Assembly: GCF_001194135.2 (NCBI RefSeq)
Contig: NC_068990.1
Span: 61,252,065-61,316,064 of the forward strand
Length of the DNA stretch: 64,000 bases
From: Octopus bimaculoides
Taxonomy: Eukaryota
Reading direction: 5' to 3'
Position numbers and translations under genes: made by a program. Shown here one piece after another: positions 27,436-38,660 of this stretch. The notes under the pieces are model-generated. The model was not told where the DNA came from and ran no database searches. It saw only the letters and a program-made list of their open reading frames with translations. The first letter of the stretch is position 1; each line of letters opens with the position of its first letter.

Positions 27436-30400
27436 ATGCATCTATCTCTCTATCTCTGTATATATATATATATATATATATCTTCGAAACGTCAAGTTAG
27501 AATAGAGGCAGCTGATGAATAATTCCAAGTGGCTTTCTGTTTTCCTATGTGTTCGTTCCGTTGTCTGTAGTTCATTGTTCTAGCGTCCTGTACCCTGATA
27601 TGCATCTATATACACATGTAGATGAAAGTATATACATATATGTGTGTGTACATGCATATATATATATATATATGCCAGGTAAAAACACCCAGCAGACTCT
27701 ATAAAATGGCTGGCATTAGGAAGGAAATCCAGCCATAGAAACCATGCCAAATCACGCTGGAGTTTGGTGCAGCTCCCCAGCTCTGGTCAAACTGTCCAAT
27801 CAATGCCAACATGGTCAACAGACATATGATGATGATGATGATATATATATATATATATATATATANNNNNNNNNNNNNNNNNNNNNNNNNNNNNNNNNNN
27901 NNNNNNNNNNNNNNNNNNNNNNNNNNNNNNNNNNNNNNNNNNNNNNNNNNNNNNNNNTATATATGGGTTGGGATTATTGTCTCCTTGCCTTGACTTCAAG
28001 TGATAGTTGTAAATAAATGTCACCATCATGCAAGCCAAAATCTGTTCCACTGTTCCATGAAAACTTGTTTCATCATGGGGAATATTATCTCACTTGGAAA
28101 CAGAAAGTTAGTGACAGGAAGGGCATCCAGCTATAGAAAATCTGCCTCAACAAATTCTGTCTGACCCATGCAAGTACCGAAAAATTGAAGATGATGATAA
28201 TGATGAAAGCATCAGTCAACCTGAAACTATTTCTTAACAATATAGTCCCTCCGCACTCACACAATTTAAGAAATGCCTCCATACAGCCTAGGGGCCTTAC
28301 AAGGGCAGTACTTTTTTCAGTATGTGGCAGCATTAAGCAGATTAGGGACAAACTTTGATTGAAATAGGAAGAGATTTTATCACAGGTAAACTTCCTTAGT
28401 AATTCAAGTAACTTACTCGCTAGCCAGACAATCTCAGCAATGTTTTAACCAAATGCTTAAGCAACATAACAACAAATGGTCACAATGAATATGAAGCTAC
28501 TAAACTAAACCTTCAGCCATTCAATTTGGCGCCCTCAGTCACTGTGCCATCTAGAGCATGACGCAACATTACATTAGAATGCATTTAAGTGTTTTTCAGT
28601 ACTGATAGTAATATTTCTCCCTTTCATTCACAATATATAGGCTATAACATAAAAATAAAGACAACAATCAAAGCACTATATTTTATTTCAGCTAGAACTA
28701 TCACAACCAATTGTTGATTTAATAGAACTTCAATTTTGACTTCCACCACCATAGGTACTATTGTTGATGAGATAAAGAGAAAAAAATAAGCATTAATAAA
28801 AAGCAAGTTTACAACTTGCATTCAGACTTAAAATGTTCACGTGAAAGAATGCTGGTGCTGAAAACTAAAGCTTTTACTAAATCCAGTTGAAAGCTTGATA
28901 CAAAAGAGAAAACTGTCAATCCTTAAAAATATATCTTAAAGCCATATTATCCGAGTGTTATTGCTGTGCAGTAAACCAAAATATTTCCTAAAACGTAAAC
29001 CAAAAGAACACAATAGTATGGCCTGCAGCATCTGCATCTTCAATGCAGCAAAGATGCATGAAGAAAAGTAGTCAACCTCTACTTTTGCAGAAATACCACT
29101 TTTAATTCTGCTGAAAAGCACCTTATTAGCACAAAATGCAAAATACTGCTAATAGAAAACTATTCACACATCTTCAATAATGCTTTCATCTCAGCTCAAC
29201 TCAAAGGGGGTATTCTACATCACTGAAATCAGTTATACAGTACAGTCATACAACACATACATACATAAAAGTTTAAATCAGGTCCTTCAAGAAAGTCTTA
29301 TGAATGAATGAAAAGATACAAATAGTAGAAAGTATAGAAAATGAATGTTCACTTACACATACATGCCTGTGTTTGTGTGTTTATAATGCTTTTATTCTGC
29401 AAATTTCACTGATAACAAAACAACTATTTTCTCAGAAACAAGGTTCCCATGTTAGCGTTTAAATAATAACTACATATGTCCACAAGTTGAACTTTGGAAC
29501 AATAATGTGAACTTGTACTGAAGACCTATGGACACTGAATCTGCATATGTATATTACTTTCTGCTCAGTCTGAAAACCAAATACATTTCAGCATTTCCTA
29601 ACAACTGTGATGTTCTTAGATGCTCTACATCTTTTTTTTTCTTTTTTCAATAGGCAGTTACCTTGCTCTACATTGTTAACAGCACATAACAGGAACTGGA
29701 ATGATATAAATGGTGGTCAGCTGGAATGCATGGGGGAGGAGTCTGTCATGAGGTTCCCTGTGGTACAGCAAAACTCGGACATTGACACACAACGTTCATT
29801 GTGGTGTCCCTTCATCTACATAAGATATTACCAGGACAGCAGTCTCGTAGGTCATTACTCTTTGACATGAATCTGCTCCTACCAGTTAGGAAATCATTCC
29901 AAAAACCTAACACAGGGGTTGGTAAAGTACAGCTCATAACTTTATTTCATTCAGCCCACTGACTTCACTGAATATGTGATCATCATCATCATTTAATGTC
30001 TGCCTTCTATGCTGGCATCAGTTGGACAGTTTGACAGAAGATGGTCAGGCAGGAGCTTACACACAACTTCTGTGTCTGTTTTGGCATGGTTTTTACTGTT
30101 GAATGCCCTTCCTAACACCACCCACCCAACAGAGTGGACAGAGTGCTTTTTATGTGGAACAAGCACAGGTGAGGTCAGTTTTGACATGGTGTTTACAGCC
30201 CTTCCAAATGTCAACCACTTTATGATATTGAATACAAATTCTTTGTTTCTCTTATCTACCATGAATTGCTGTTTTATATTAACCTTTAGCATGCTGAAGG
30301 TGTATCTTGTTGCTGTACAAGTTTTCTTCTCTCTCAACATGATTTAATGTGCCTGCAGCTACAGGAGAGAAAACTCATACAGTGACATAATTTGCCTTCA

Positions 30401-32417
30401 GCATGCTAAAGGTTAACACAAAAAAAAAATATACCTTCACTCAGTAAAAAATTTTGAATGGTAAATATATTCCTAAACAAAAGGAAACATTGACTGCTCC
30501 TTGCTATCCCCACTCTTCTGCATCCCTCTATCCTCCCAAGTTCATGATTCTTGTTTCATTCACCCTTCAACTTAACCCATTTTGAAAGTCTGAGTCCTCA
30601 ACCCTCATTCATCGTCCCATACAATCTTGCAAACCAGCCACTCACCCACTTCTTTTCAGCTGTGTGCCTTGTGGGGGCCACCAGGGCACCTTAACACCAT
30701 TATCTATATCTGGCAGCATCCACTGATCATTTTCTTTTTCTCCCCTCCACTTCCCCCCAACAAAGCTGTGTAACATTTTCAGTTTTGTATCTGCTTTATA
30801 AAAATCAGAGACTTTTATTCCAGCTAACATTTTAGCTTTGCAAAGCAAACCGCAAGAAAATCTTGGGACCTGGCACTTTGTTTAGTTGACCATTCTTACT
30901 CTTTCTAGCATTACATTGTCAAAAGTAGCACATAGTGGTGCACATATTTTTGGCTATTTTGAATAACAAAACACATTCAAGATGGAGAAAGAACAAAACT
31001 GCTGAATCACTTTTCATAAGTCATGTATGTAAATAACATTACTTTCTACAATACACAACACAACATTTGACTTCATGAACATGAAGAGATACATAATATA
31101 TTGCTTACGAAATGTTTTATCAGGGATTAGGCATATTCAAAAAGAACATATTCAATGTTAATACATATTAGTTGAAAGCATATTGCCAAAAAGACAAATA
31201 GGTTGAAAATACATTCATAGAAAACACATTAGTTGGAAGACAAAATGATCAAAAACATATAAAAGTCAGCATATAATTTGTGAAAAGACATATTCATCAA
31301 AACGTACAGGAAACCATACTAATTTTTTTTTTTCAATAAATTAATGTAATTTTAAAAAGATAATAAATTATACAATTAAATATATTTTCAATTTATTATC
31401 AGGTTGTGTTTCTTAATAAAAAAAATAATAAATATAATTATATAAAAAATACAAACGTTCACAAAGAAGATAAGCTTATTTGTATCCAAGATTGAATGCA
31501 ATGCCTTGAAAATAACCCAAAATGTATTTATATGCATAACAGTAAGACTTTTAACATGCTTTAGAATGATGAGTACTAAACCATAGAAAAGCAATCTGAA
31601 CATCAATAGGATGCTGTTTGTTCATATAGCAGTCAATATTGGATAAACATTTGAATGTGATCAAACAATGAAACTAAAATGTCTATGCTAAACTTCAATA
31701 CGAATGTGTGATCCTCCTTAGATGATTACATGGCATACATTCTATGCAAGTTTATTGAGTAATGGTCCATCATATCATCCATTACTGACCACAAGCTCAA
31801 GTCCTTGTTGTGGTGTTGTTGCTTGTATGCCTCAATGACCCTGAAAGTAAATGCTAATGGAGCACAATCACCCACTAGGACCTCCCATGCTGGAACAGTT
31901 CAAAACATTGAGGTGAAATATGAGATGGTGCTGAAATGTTCCTGGCTTTCTCTAAAAGAAAATACAGGAGGATCAGTTAATCATGTAGGAGAAAACACTT
32001 GCTCAAGGTGCCATGCAGTGGGACTGAATCTGGAACTGTGTGGTTGAGAAGCAAACTTCTTAACACAAAGCCCACCTGCACCTTAATGTAAAAGTCTAAA
32101 ATATTTTATAAGCACAATCATATTTTACAACTGGTTTTATTTAACACTTTGGACAATATGTTTCAAGGAATATTCCATCATTTCTTTGATGAATACATTT
32201 CTAGTTAATTACTTATTTGACCAGTTTGTTTTCCTTTAAAAATGTCCTTCAGGCGATATGCTTTCATCAAATTTGTAATTTGGTCCGTCTCTAACAGAAA
32301 TTTAGATCTATCTTATATAAACCTTACTTTAATTCAGGTTAAGATTTCAACCCTACCATTTTTCTCTATTTTCAACATGTATTTCATTACATGCATATAT
32401 ACATACACATATACAAG

Positions 32418-32467
<50 letters not shown>

Positions 32468-35358
32468 CATACATATACATACACACACACACATATATAT
32501 GTGTGTGTGTGTGTGTGTGTATGATTGTGTGCCTGTGTTTGTCTCGTCAACAGCCCTTAACAACCGTTGCTTGTGCGTTTACGTCCCTGTAACTTAGCAG
32601 TTCAGCAAAAGAGACTGATAGAATAAGTACCAAGCTTACAAGGAATAAATCCTGGGATCGATTTTCTCGACTAAAGGCAGTGTTCCAGCATGGAACATCG
32701 ACATGAAACTTAAATAATTCATGCCTGTAATGTAAGCCATATGCTACAAATGAGTCTCAGGGAGAAAGGCTGCCATACACAAGAACAAAATCCCTAGGGA
32801 GAGGAAAGTTCTTATGAGACAGCGTACAAAAATTTCAAATCGCCTAAGCAAAAGAATTGAAAGCAGTGAAAAATCCCACCTGAAAATACAGCTGCAACTT
32901 TCCCATGATGAAAAATGAGCAGACAAAGAAGACTGGACTACAGACAATATAAAATCTAACCCCAGAGCCTTGTACAAGTTTGCCAAAGAAACAACCACAT
33001 ATACACATACATATGTATATCTAGACACATATATACATACATACATATATACATATCTTTTCTTTTAGTTTCAGCCCACAGCTGTGGCCATGCTGGAGCA
33101 CTGCTATTTTGTTACAATGTCTCCTCTAATATGTGGCACTTGGTGAAGAATGGAGTGTGATGTAGCNNNNNNNNNNNNNNNNNNNNNNNNNNNNNNNNNN
33201 NNNNNNNNNNNNNNNNNNNNNNNNNNNNNNNNNNNNNNNNNNNNNNNNNNNNNNNNNNNNNNNNNNNNNNNNNNNNNNNNNNNNNNNNNNNNNNNNNNNN
33301 NNNNNNNNNNNNNNNNNNNNNNNNNNNNNNNNNNNNNNNNNNNNNNNNNNNNNNNNNNNNNNNNNNNNNNNNNNNNNNNNNNNNNNNNNNNNNNNNNNNN
33401 NNNNNNNNNNNNNNNNNNNNNNNNNNNNNNNNNNNNNNNNNNNNNNNNNNNNNNNNNNNNNNNNNNNNNNNNNNNNNNNNNNNNNNNNNNNNNNNNNNNN
33501 NNNNNNNNNNNNNNNNNNNNNNNNNNNNNNNNNNNNNNNNNNNNNNNNNNNNNNNNNNNNNNNNNNNNNNNNNNNNNNNNNNNNNNNNNNNNNNNNNNNN
33601 NNNNNNNNNNNNNNNNNNNNNNNNNNNNNNNNNNNNNNNNNNNNNNNNNNNNNNNNNNNNNNNNNNNNNNNNNNNNNNNNNNNNNNNNNNNNNNNNNNNN
33701 NNNNNNNNNNNNNNNNNNNNNNNNNNNNNNNNNNNNNNNNNNNNNNNNNNNNNNNNNNNNNNNNNNNNNNNNNNNNNNNNNNNNNNNNNNNNNNNNNNNN
33801 NNNNNNNNNNNNNNNNNNNNNNNNNNNNNNNNNNNNNNNNNNNNNNNNNNNNNNNNNNNNNNNNNNNNNNNNNNNNNNNNNNNNNNNNNNNNNNNNNNNN
33901 NNNNNNNNNNNNNNNNNNNNNGGGTCTTCTCACACACAGCACATTTCCAAAGGTCTCGGTCAGTAGTCATCGCCTCGGTGAGGCCCAATGTACGAAGGTC
34001 TTGCCTCACCACCTCAGCCCAGGTCTTCCTGGGCCTACCTCTTCCACGGGTTCCCTCAACTGTTAGGGTGTGGCACTTTTTCACGCAGCTATCCTCATCC
34101 ATTCTCACCACATGTCCATACCAGCGCAATCGTCTCTCTTGCACACCACAACTGATGCTTCTAATGTTCAGCTTTTCTCTCAAGATACTTACACTCTGAC
34201 GGGTATGCACACTGACATTACATATATATATATATAATACATATACTTATATATATACATAAAAACATATAAGTATATACATACATAAATACATACATAT
34301 ATACACACACACATATATATATATATACACACATACATACAAATACTTAAGCGAGAATGGATGAGGAGAGCAGTGTGAAAAAGTTTCACACCCTAGCAGT
34401 TGAGGGAACCTGCGGTAGACCCAGGAAAACCTGGGATGAGATGGTGAGGCACTACCTTCGAACATTAGGCCTCACCAAGGCAATGACTAGTGACCCGGCA
34501 AGCCAAGTGAGACCATAACACGTGGCCTATGCTAGGGGTGTAACCAGTCCACTTATGCGTAACTCCACCCGTGCCAGTGGAGCGCTAAGAGCACCAACCG
34601 AGATGATCGCTGCCAGAGCAGCTGACTGGCTTCCGTGCCGGTGGCACGTAAAAAACACCATTTGAACGTGTCCATTACCAGCATTACCTTACTGGCACTT
34701 GTGCCAGTGGCACGTGAAAAAACATTTGAGTGAGGTCGTTGCCAGTACCGCCTGACTGGCCCTTGTGCTAGTGGTACGTAAAAGCACTCACTACACTCTC
34801 AGAGTGGTTGGCGATAGGAAGGGCATCCAACTGTAGAAAATCTGCCAGATCAGATTGGAGCCTGGTGCAGCCATCTGGTTTGCCAGTCCTCAATCAATTG
34901 TCCAACCCATGCTAGCATGGAAAGCAGACATTAAACGATGATGATGATGATGATGATATACATATACATACATAAATATATATATATGCATATACACAAA
35001 CGTATACATACACACACACGTATACATATATATATATATATATATATAGGTATGTGTATGTGAGTGTGTGTGTGTGTATATATATATATATCAAGCTGGT
35101 GATCTAGCATGGCTGCAGTCAAATGACTGAAACAAGTAAAAGAGTGTATGTATGTATGTATGTATAGATAGATAGATAGATAGATATTGGCCTGCGCTCC
35201 TAGCCAGTGGGATAACATTTGAAAGCTAAAACCATGGAAAGCGCATGGTGACTAGCGATGTATAAAAGCATCTGATAGTTTGGTTGATCACATGGTATAT
35301 GTGTGTGTATCATCATCATCGTTTAACGTCCGCTTTCCATGCTAGCATGGGTTGGACG

Positions 35359-35401
<43 letters not shown>

Positions 35402-38380
35402 TAGATAGATACATTCATTGAATGTTGCAGCTTTTGCAGCTTTATAAAACATTTATGTGTAGCATATTGGAATATTTTGTAATTGAAAAGAAAAAAAAAC
35501 CAAAGTTTGCCAAAAGAATATTTGTAAACATTACCAGATAAAATATTCATCTTACTAGTCTAATGTAACAGAAAATTTGTCATGATAAGTATGAAAGCTG
35601 GAAGCAGAAAATTTTATCACAACAATTGCTTTGCACCAAGACAAATACTAAAATTGAAACTGCAACTAAACATAGTTGAAAATAGCTTATTAGTTAGTTA
35701 AAAAAGGCAAAACAATATTTATTGCTGGAAAATTAATTAGATTGTGTGTTGTAAAAACAACTTAAGAAATATATCCAGAATAATAGATTTATCCAAGAAT
35801 ATTAATTTCTATTTTTTTTTTTTTTTTCATTTGGTAAAAAGAAAAAAAAAGTAGTGCCAATTAAACAACAGAGTACAACATTTTTAGTTTTCCTTTGGCG
35901 CTTGATGAATCAATGACTGTGTCTGACAATCCAGTGTTGTTATTGTTCAGTCAAGGAATTTAATGCCAACTTTGAAATGACAGAACTAACTAACTTCAGT
36001 AAACAGAATTTATGGAAAAACTGCTGGGAAAGAGATTTTTTTTAAAGAAATGAAACAACGAAATAGAATCTGATTTGGAAATGTCTGAAGAGATTGTGTG
36101 GTGTAGAAGAGGTTAATGTTGGGCAGTCATAGACAAACTGTGGATTGCAGGACTTTCTGGATGGCATGCCTAGCAAAAAAATTACTTTGTATTCTTTTAG
36201 CCATGTGCATGTCTCATGCAGCCCACGTCTCAGAGCTGGTTGCCTATGCTTAGTCTAGGATGTATCAAACTGACAGTATTTCACTACATCATTCATTGTG
36301 GAAATCTGTTGTGTGATGGAGAATAGAATAATCTCATACACTTGTCATTTGTTTTAGACATTTTGGGAAGAAACAGCAGCTGAATACAACAGTTTGTTTT
36401 ACCAAAATGTTAAGATAGTTTAATAGAAGAAATAAGAATATTTCATAAATTTTTTTTTGTGATGGAGACTGACGTTTTTTTTGAATGAGAAAAATCATGT
36501 TTAACCACTTCTTAGAAACAACAAATAATTGTGCAAATTGGTATACTCAGCCAACTTAATGATAAAGCTTAATGAGTCGAACTTTACATTGTAGTGGAAA
36601 AGTTTTCTGATATAAATTAATCTATTTCTCTCCTGCTGTGATAAAACACAGCCGTGAAGCAAATGCTTCATTTCCTTTCAGATTTGCTCAAGACATTCTC
36701 AACAGTTTGAAGCCCAAAGTTTCAACAATACTTTTCAGATCTCAAAAAAAAATACGAAAGCATTGAAAATCTTACAATATCCATTTAAATGCATTATCAA
36801 GGAACTTCCATCAGATTTCTGTCTTGAAGTTACAGACCTGCAGCCATATGATATGTTACAAAAGAAAAGTCAAATACAAATGGGGAAAACTTGACTGCTT
36901 TCTAAACGCCTCTGAGGCCTCTTATACTTCTCAAAATCCTTTGTTTCAGCATTTGGTACCATGTCTTAGGAAAAAAAACAAAATTTGTTTTCAAACGATG
37001 AAGTATATTCTTTTGTTGTTTCGGCACAAGGCTAGCAATTCTGATGGGGTGGGGTGGAGTTGCCTATATTGACCCCAGTTGCTCAACTGGTACTTATTTT
37101 TATCAACCCTGAGAGAAAGAAAGGCAAAGTCAAGCTTAGCAGAATTTGAACTCAGAATGTAAAGACAGACGAAATGTCACTAAGCATTTTGTCTGGTGTG
37201 CTAACAATTCTGCCACCTTTGAAAGATAAAGTCTATTAAAACTGTTTATAAGCCATTGTTGCCCAGTTGGTACTGGACATCAGTTTTCATTACAAGATTC
37301 ACAAAATTTGAACAATTTGACGTTTTGATTCTTACCCCCCGATATATTTTGTGGTTCACATTGGTATATTGTGCATAAAAATCCATATAGCTATATGATG
37401 GAAAACAAAGAACACTGCTTGTATGACAGTGACACATGTTTACGACTATCACATGATGTCCAGACAAAGAAACAGTACCCTCCCCTCACACACACACACA
37501 TATATATATAATGGACTTTTTTCAGCCAAATCTACTCACAAGGCTTTGATCAACCCAAGACTATAGAAGACACATGTGCAAGGTGACCCTCAGTGGGACT
37601 GAATGCCAAACCATGTGGTTGGAAAGTAAACTTCTTACTACACAACCATGCCAGTACATATGTGTGTGTGATTACAGATATCATCACGAGTTAACATCTG
37701 TTTTGCATGCTGGCATGGGTTGGAGACGGTTTGACATGGAACTGGCAAGGCCAGGATCCACACCAGGTTCCATTGTCTGATTTAGCATGGTTTCTACAGC
37801 TGGATGCCCTTCCTAACACCAAACACTTCACAAAGTGTTCTGGGTGCTTTTTATACGGCACCATTACTTGGGCCTCTTACGTGACCCCAGCACAAAGTTA
37901 TGTGCAAGCATGTATGTGTGTAAATAGATATAGAGTGTGTATACAGAAGTTGTGCCAGGTAACTGTCAACATATTTTAGATCATAAAAAGAGATGACCAA
38001 TCACTATGTTACATGGCATGTGCCAACCATATAATGCTCATTTCCCTTTCACATGTATCAACATCAACATGGCTGATTCCAACAGACGATACGAAAAGGC
38101 ACACCTTGGGTCTACCTATCAAACACAGCAACTTGTAGAGTGCCAGCTACTTGAATAGCTAAGAAATAGAGGCCTCTAGTAGAAATGTATCAACTGTGGC
38201 TGAAAGAAAGAAAGAAACATTCTTAGCTGTAAGAGATCGTAAAAGCAGTCATGTTTGTCCAGCAGGTCTAGAACATTGAACTGAAGAGTCCAACAGATAT
38301 AGTTCTCAGCTCCCTAGTGTTTATTAGTCCTCCAGGGCATTACCAGTTTAAGGATGGATACCCCAGAGAGATTTTGCATT
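6262..38380 (-). CDS. Candidate spliced gene, ~207 aa, unknown product with hydrophobic N- and C-termini
   Basis: AG/GT-bounded segments 38344-38380, 37336-37390, 32213-32290, 31790-31889, 30435-30472, 18866-18881, 18763-18790, 13149-13258, 10056-10061, 8320-8352, 6648-6736 and 6262-6296 join in frame (624 nt from the ATG). Translation: [207 protein letters not shown]. Assembled by eye, with no homology recognised. Confidence 0.4.
6648..6736 (-). CDS. Candidate 89-nt exon
   Basis: Acceptor cgttttctgttcag and donor gtaaga. One frame is open ([29 protein letters not shown]). Confidence 0.45.
7819..8205 (+). mobile_element. SINE family A
   Basis: Complete layout of head, (GT)n core and tail, ending GACTGAAACAAATAAAAGAG. 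Confidence 0.85.
8320..8352 (-). CDS. Candidate 33-nt exon
   Basis: Acceptor gcgctcttcctacag and donor gtaagt. The length is frame-preserving and the segment lies in non-repeat sequence. Confidence 0.5.
9250..9470 (+). mobile_element. SINE family B (Nin-domain-like core)
   Basis: tRNA-like head followed by GCCTTTCATCCTTTTGGATTCAATAAATTAAATACCAG...GGGGGTCGAT, which resembles the Nin-SINE core. Related copies at ~7100-7640, ~37040-37216 (-), ~56150-56320 (-) and ~58775-58945 (-). Confidence 0.7.
9484..9875 (-). mobile_element. SINE family A
   Basis: Matches the 430-850 copy end to end. Confidence 0.85.
13149..13258 (-). CDS. Candidate 110-nt coding exon
   Basis: Acceptor gttgtgtgttttag and donor gtgagt. 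A single frame is open ([36 protein letters not shown]) and is rich in T/A-ending codons. Confidence 0.55.
13300..13896. mobile_element. TTAA-ended (piggyBac-type) MITE interrupted by a family D SINE (~13341-13730, minus strand)
   Basis: The right end is TATCAAAAAGGG-TTAA, and the body matches the element at ~46610-47065. The SINE matches 22869-23253. Confidence 0.65.
13919..14066. mobile_element. Tc1/mariner-type MITE
   Basis: TIRs CAGTCATGGCCAA(G)AGT / ACTTTTGGCCATGACTG, with TA on both sides. Confidence 0.85.
16690..17022 (-). mobile_element. SINE family A (5'-partial)
   Basis: Tail, core and part of the head match family A. Confidence 0.8.
19245..19715 (-). mobile_element. SINE family A with a long (TA)n/(GT)n insertion in its tail half
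   Basis: Family A homology on both sides of 19327-19424. Confidence 0.8.
21765..22285 (-). mobile_element. SINE family A carrying an RTE tail (21998-22135, +) in its microsatellite core
   Basis: The two SINE halves flank AGGAAGGGCATCCAGCTGTAGAAA...CCATGCCAGCATGGAAAGCGGACG...GATGATG. Confidence 0.8.
22869..23253 (-). mobile_element. SINE family D, young full-length copy
   Basis: tRNA-like head GGAGGCGCAATGGCCCAGTGGTTAGGGCAGCGG...TTCGATTCC with CpGs intact. Approximate TSD gtttgggtacct / gtttgggcacct. Confidence 0.9.
24454..24601. repeat. Perfect 63-bp inverted repeat with a 22-nt spacer
   Basis: 24454-24516 is the exact reverse complement of 24539-24601. Confidence 0.95.
24630..25163 (-). 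mobile_element. RTE LINE 3' end with internally repeated modules
   Basis: (CAT)n tail at 24630. GATTTCACTTGGCTTGATGGGTCTT-like units occur three times and GTGAGGCCC ORF-end remnants twice. Confidence 0.75.
25178..25913 (+). mobile_element. Internally deleted Tc1/mariner-superfamily transposon
   Basis: TA-flanked imperfect TIRs CAGGGTGCTATGGGTAAATTGTC / GATAGTTCATTCACTGCACCTTG. Transposase remnants [16 protein letters not shown] and [17 protein letters not shown]...[13 protein letters not shown], with the catalytic core deleted. Confidence 0.9.
27105..27321. mobile_element. Fold-back MITE-like imperfect inverted repeat
   Basis: TAACAATTACCAAACCTGC pairs with GCAGGTTTGATAATTGTTA, and GATTTGGGGATAAATAA pairs with TTATTTATCCCCAAATC. 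Confidence 0.7.
27484..27658 (+). repeat. ~175-bp dispersed element flanked by (TA)n, with a second copy at 40275-40452
   Basis: Both copies read TCGAAACGTC(A/G)AGTTAGAATAGAGGCAGCTGATGAATAATTCCAA...CCCTGATATGCATCTATATACACATGTAGATG. Confidence 0.85.
30283..30412. mobile_element. 130-bp piggyBac-type MITE
   Basis: Perfect 18-bp TIR CCTTTAGCATGCTGAAGG, with TTAA at 30279-30282 and 30413-30416. Confidence 0.9.
31790..31889 (-). CDS. Candidate 100-nt coding exon
   Basis: Acceptor gaactgttccag and donor gtcagt. Open frame [32 protein letters not shown]. An alternative acceptor lies at 31841-31843. Confidence 0.5.
32752..32995 (+). mobile_element. CR1 LINE internal fragment
   Basis: Aligns to 49873-50130 (NKIPRERK(V/I)LMR...IKSNP(R/K)A). 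Confidence 0.8.
33167..33920. other. Assembly gap (N run)
   Basis: Continuous Ns. Other gaps include 14777-14918, 27866-27957 and 61098-61867. Confidence 1.
33923..34220 (-). mobile_element. RTE LINE ORF C-terminal fragment
   Basis: [20 protein letters not shown]...[12 protein letters not shown] is the typical RTE C-terminus. Confidence 0.92.
34351..34957 (+). mobile_element. RTE LINE 3' end (ORF end, 3' UTR and (GAT)n tail)
   Basis: [29 protein letters not shown] runs continuously into the common (GAT)n-tailed repeat. Shorter copies of that tail occur at ~12301, 21430, 23520, 27680, 29981, 37680, 40690, 42200, 44060, 44670, 49170, 59140 and 63695. Confidence 0.9.
35880..37010 (+). pseudogene. 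Decayed hAT (Charlie/GTF2IRD2-like) transposase
   Basis: Fragments [18 protein letters not shown] and [21 protein letters not shown] resemble the LAYLADI..KLNELN..LQG and NPF..LP..LQLE..DLQ motifs. Many stops. Confidence 0.5.
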
Positions 38381-38660
38381 CTGAAAACTTAGCTCTCATC
38401 TCTGAATTAATCAGAGATTAACCCTTTAACATTAAGATTATTCTAACATAATGCTTATTTATTCACATTTTGTTGAATTAATTATACATTATTTTGTAGC
38501 TTCAAGATTTCAACGGTGTGTTTGCATATTTTAGAATGACATTGTAGAGTACACGAGAGATTGGATATGCTTTTATTCTTTTACAGGGTTCAGTCATTTG
38601 ACTGCAGCCATACTGGAGCACGACCCTAAAGGGTTTTAGTCAAAGACATTGACTCCTGGA

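Noticed and set aside
31043-31045. Possible 3-nt micro-exon (tag|AAA|gtaatg)
   Set aside because: Such a short pattern is expected by chance in AT-rich DNA, and there is no supporting evidence.
33104-34210. Long ORFs of 276-368 aa, and the 306-341 aa ORFs at 61001-62026
   Set aside because: They are mostly X from N runs. Only the RTE portions are real.
35556-35597. 42-nt exon-like segment
   Set aside because: Its only open frame creates a stop with each downstream candidate exon I tested.
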